A stretch of 30,861 nt of DNA, counting the filler, from Acidimicrobiia bacterium (GTDB lineage: Bacteria; Actinomycetota; Acidimicrobiia; Spongiisociales; UBA11373): the NCBI GenBank assembly GCA_040878325.1. It is 2 parts of 2 records of this genome, joined end to end, with 100 filler letters (N's around TTAATTAATTAA, not from the genome) between each part and the next. Parts side by side here need not be neighbours in the genome. Positions count along the whole stretch, not along the records: positions 13,987 to 30,861 come from JBBDMM010000008.1; 1 more part is not named here. The stretch is one strand, 5' to 3'. Of the stretch, positions 29,804-30,861 are shown in pieces. Position 1 is the first letter of the stretch, and the number at the start of each line of letters is the position of its first letter. The notes beneath the pieces were generated by a model. The model worked only from the letters and a program-made list of their open reading frames with translations, was not told the origin of the DNA and searched no databases. The translations under genes were made by a program, and so were the position numbers.

Positions 29804-29810
29804 ACTAGTC

Positions 29811-30749
29811 ATGAGCAGACAGTTCTCCTTGCCGCCGGACGACCACAGCCTGGTTCGCCTGGCGATCGTGCGCCGCTTTCCCAACGCTGCCCCGCTGCTG
29901 ATCGGGGCGGTGTTGGTCGCCCTGATCGCCGTCACCGACTGGGCGACCGGACCTGAACTTTCGTTCTCGGTGCTGTACCTGGGGGCGGTGGTCGCCGTCA
30001 CCTGGCTGGGCACCCGCCGCCACGGGATGCTGGTCGCCGTCCTGGCCGCCGCCGAGAGCCTGCTCGCCGCCGTCGTCGCCGATGGCACCATCGCCGTCGC
30101 CACGCTGTGGAACTCGTCGACCCAACTGCTGGTGCTGCTGCTCGCCGCCACCGCCATCGGCTCGCTGCGCCATGCGGTAATCGAACAGCGACGGATGGCG
30201 ATGGTCGACCCGCTGACCGGGTCGATGAACCGCCGCGCTTTCGAGCTGGTCGCCGAGCGGGAACGCCTCCGCGCCGGACGGGACGGCTCGCCCCTGACGC
30301 TCGCCTACTTCGACCTCGACCACTTCAAGCAGGTAAACGATCGACTTGGCCATGCCGCCGGCGACCGGATCCTCGAAGAGTTCACCGCGGCCGCCGCGGA
30401 GACGATCCGAGGCACCGACCTCCTCGCCCGCATCGGCGGCGACGAGTTCGTATTGCTCCTCCCCGACACCGACGCTCGCGAGGCGATGGTGGTCGTCGAC
30501 CGGGTGCGCAAGATCCTGAAAGACGAGGAGACCCTCGGCCACCCGATGACCAGTTCGGTCGGCATCGCCTCGTACCGCTTCCCGCCGAGCTCGGTGGATG
30601 CCATGCTCGCCGGCGCCGACGAACTGCTGTATCAGGCCAAGGACCGCGGCGGCGACACTGTCGTCGGCATGGTCATCGTCGGCCCCTGGACCCGCTGGTC
30701 CGACTCGCTTCACGTCGCAGAACCAGCCGACAAGTTCCAGGTCATCTAA
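29811..30749 (+). CDS. Membrane-bound diguanylate cyclase (GGDEF)
   Basis: About 4 TM helices; DPLTGSMNRR, DLDHFKQVNDRLGHAAGD, RGTD I-site, ARIGGDEF and ADELLYQAK motifs. Confidence 0.95.
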   Translation: MSRQFSLPPDDHSLVRLAIVRRFPNAAPLLIGAVLVALIAVTDWATGPELSFSVLYLGAVVAVTWLGTRRHGMLVAVLAAAESLLAAVVADGTIAVATLWNSSTQLLVLLLAATAIGSLRHAVIEQRRMAMVDPLTGSMNRRAFELVAERERLRAGRDGSPLTLAYFDLDHFKQVNDRLGHAAGDRILEEFTAAAAETIRGTDLLARIGGDEFVLLLPDTDAREAMVVVDRVRKILKDEETLGHPMTSSVGIASYRFPPSSVDAMLAGADELLYQAKDRGGDTVVGMVIVGPWTRWSDSLHVAEPADKFQVI

Positions 30750-30852
30750 GTCGCCAGTCTCCAGTCTCCAGTCTCCAGTCTCCAGCAAGAGCGTCCTCCT
30801 CCGGCCTCCGGGGGAGGTGGCTGCCGGGCGGAAGCCCGGCAGACGGAGGGGG
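30750..30852 (+). repeat. (CCAGTCT)n heptamer array abutting the stop codon, followed by a REP-like double-hairpin element (30793-30852)
   Basis: TAA-GTCGCCAGTCTCCAGTCTCCAGTCTCCAGTCTCCAGCAAGAG then GTCCTCCTCCGGCCTCCGGGGGAGGTGGC-[hairpin]-GACGGAGGGG. Confidence 0.9.
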
Positions 30853-30861
30853 CAGCGTCCT

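Overview
High-GC actinobacterial chromosomal DNA. Gene content and style suggest Acidimicrobiia from a MAG (inference). An artificial linker at 13887-13986 (44 N + TTAATTAATTAA + 44 N) joins two contigs. The left part is a core minus-strand block (tig-clpP-clpX-valS-folC-ndk-mreB-mreC-mreD-mrdA, the last partial), six tRNAs and a PQQ/GSDH-family dehydrogenase. The right part holds an IS3/IS6110-like left end cut by the contig break, aroF, an XRE regulator with an HBHA/MLDS-like protein, a DUF4332 protein, a MocA-like transferase, a large Ig-repeat surface protein, an orphan histidine kinase, ald, an HTH-clpS-DUF2017 operon, a cyclase-STAND-TPR protein and a GGDEF diguanylate cyclase. The main unexplained structure is non-coding. 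(1) A modular intergenic repeat system of interchangeable hairpins, linkers and heptamer arrays, several starting right at stop codons. (2) Tandem truncated 5' copies of tRNA-His. (3) A sigma28/WhiG-like promoter box exactly 7 nt before the ATG of the cyclase, kinase and surface protein. (4) A G10-T-C13 tract upstream of the surface protein. (5) An aromatic-rich uORF over the aroF start. (6) A likely ACG start for folC. All family assignments come from motif recognition by eye; no searches were run.
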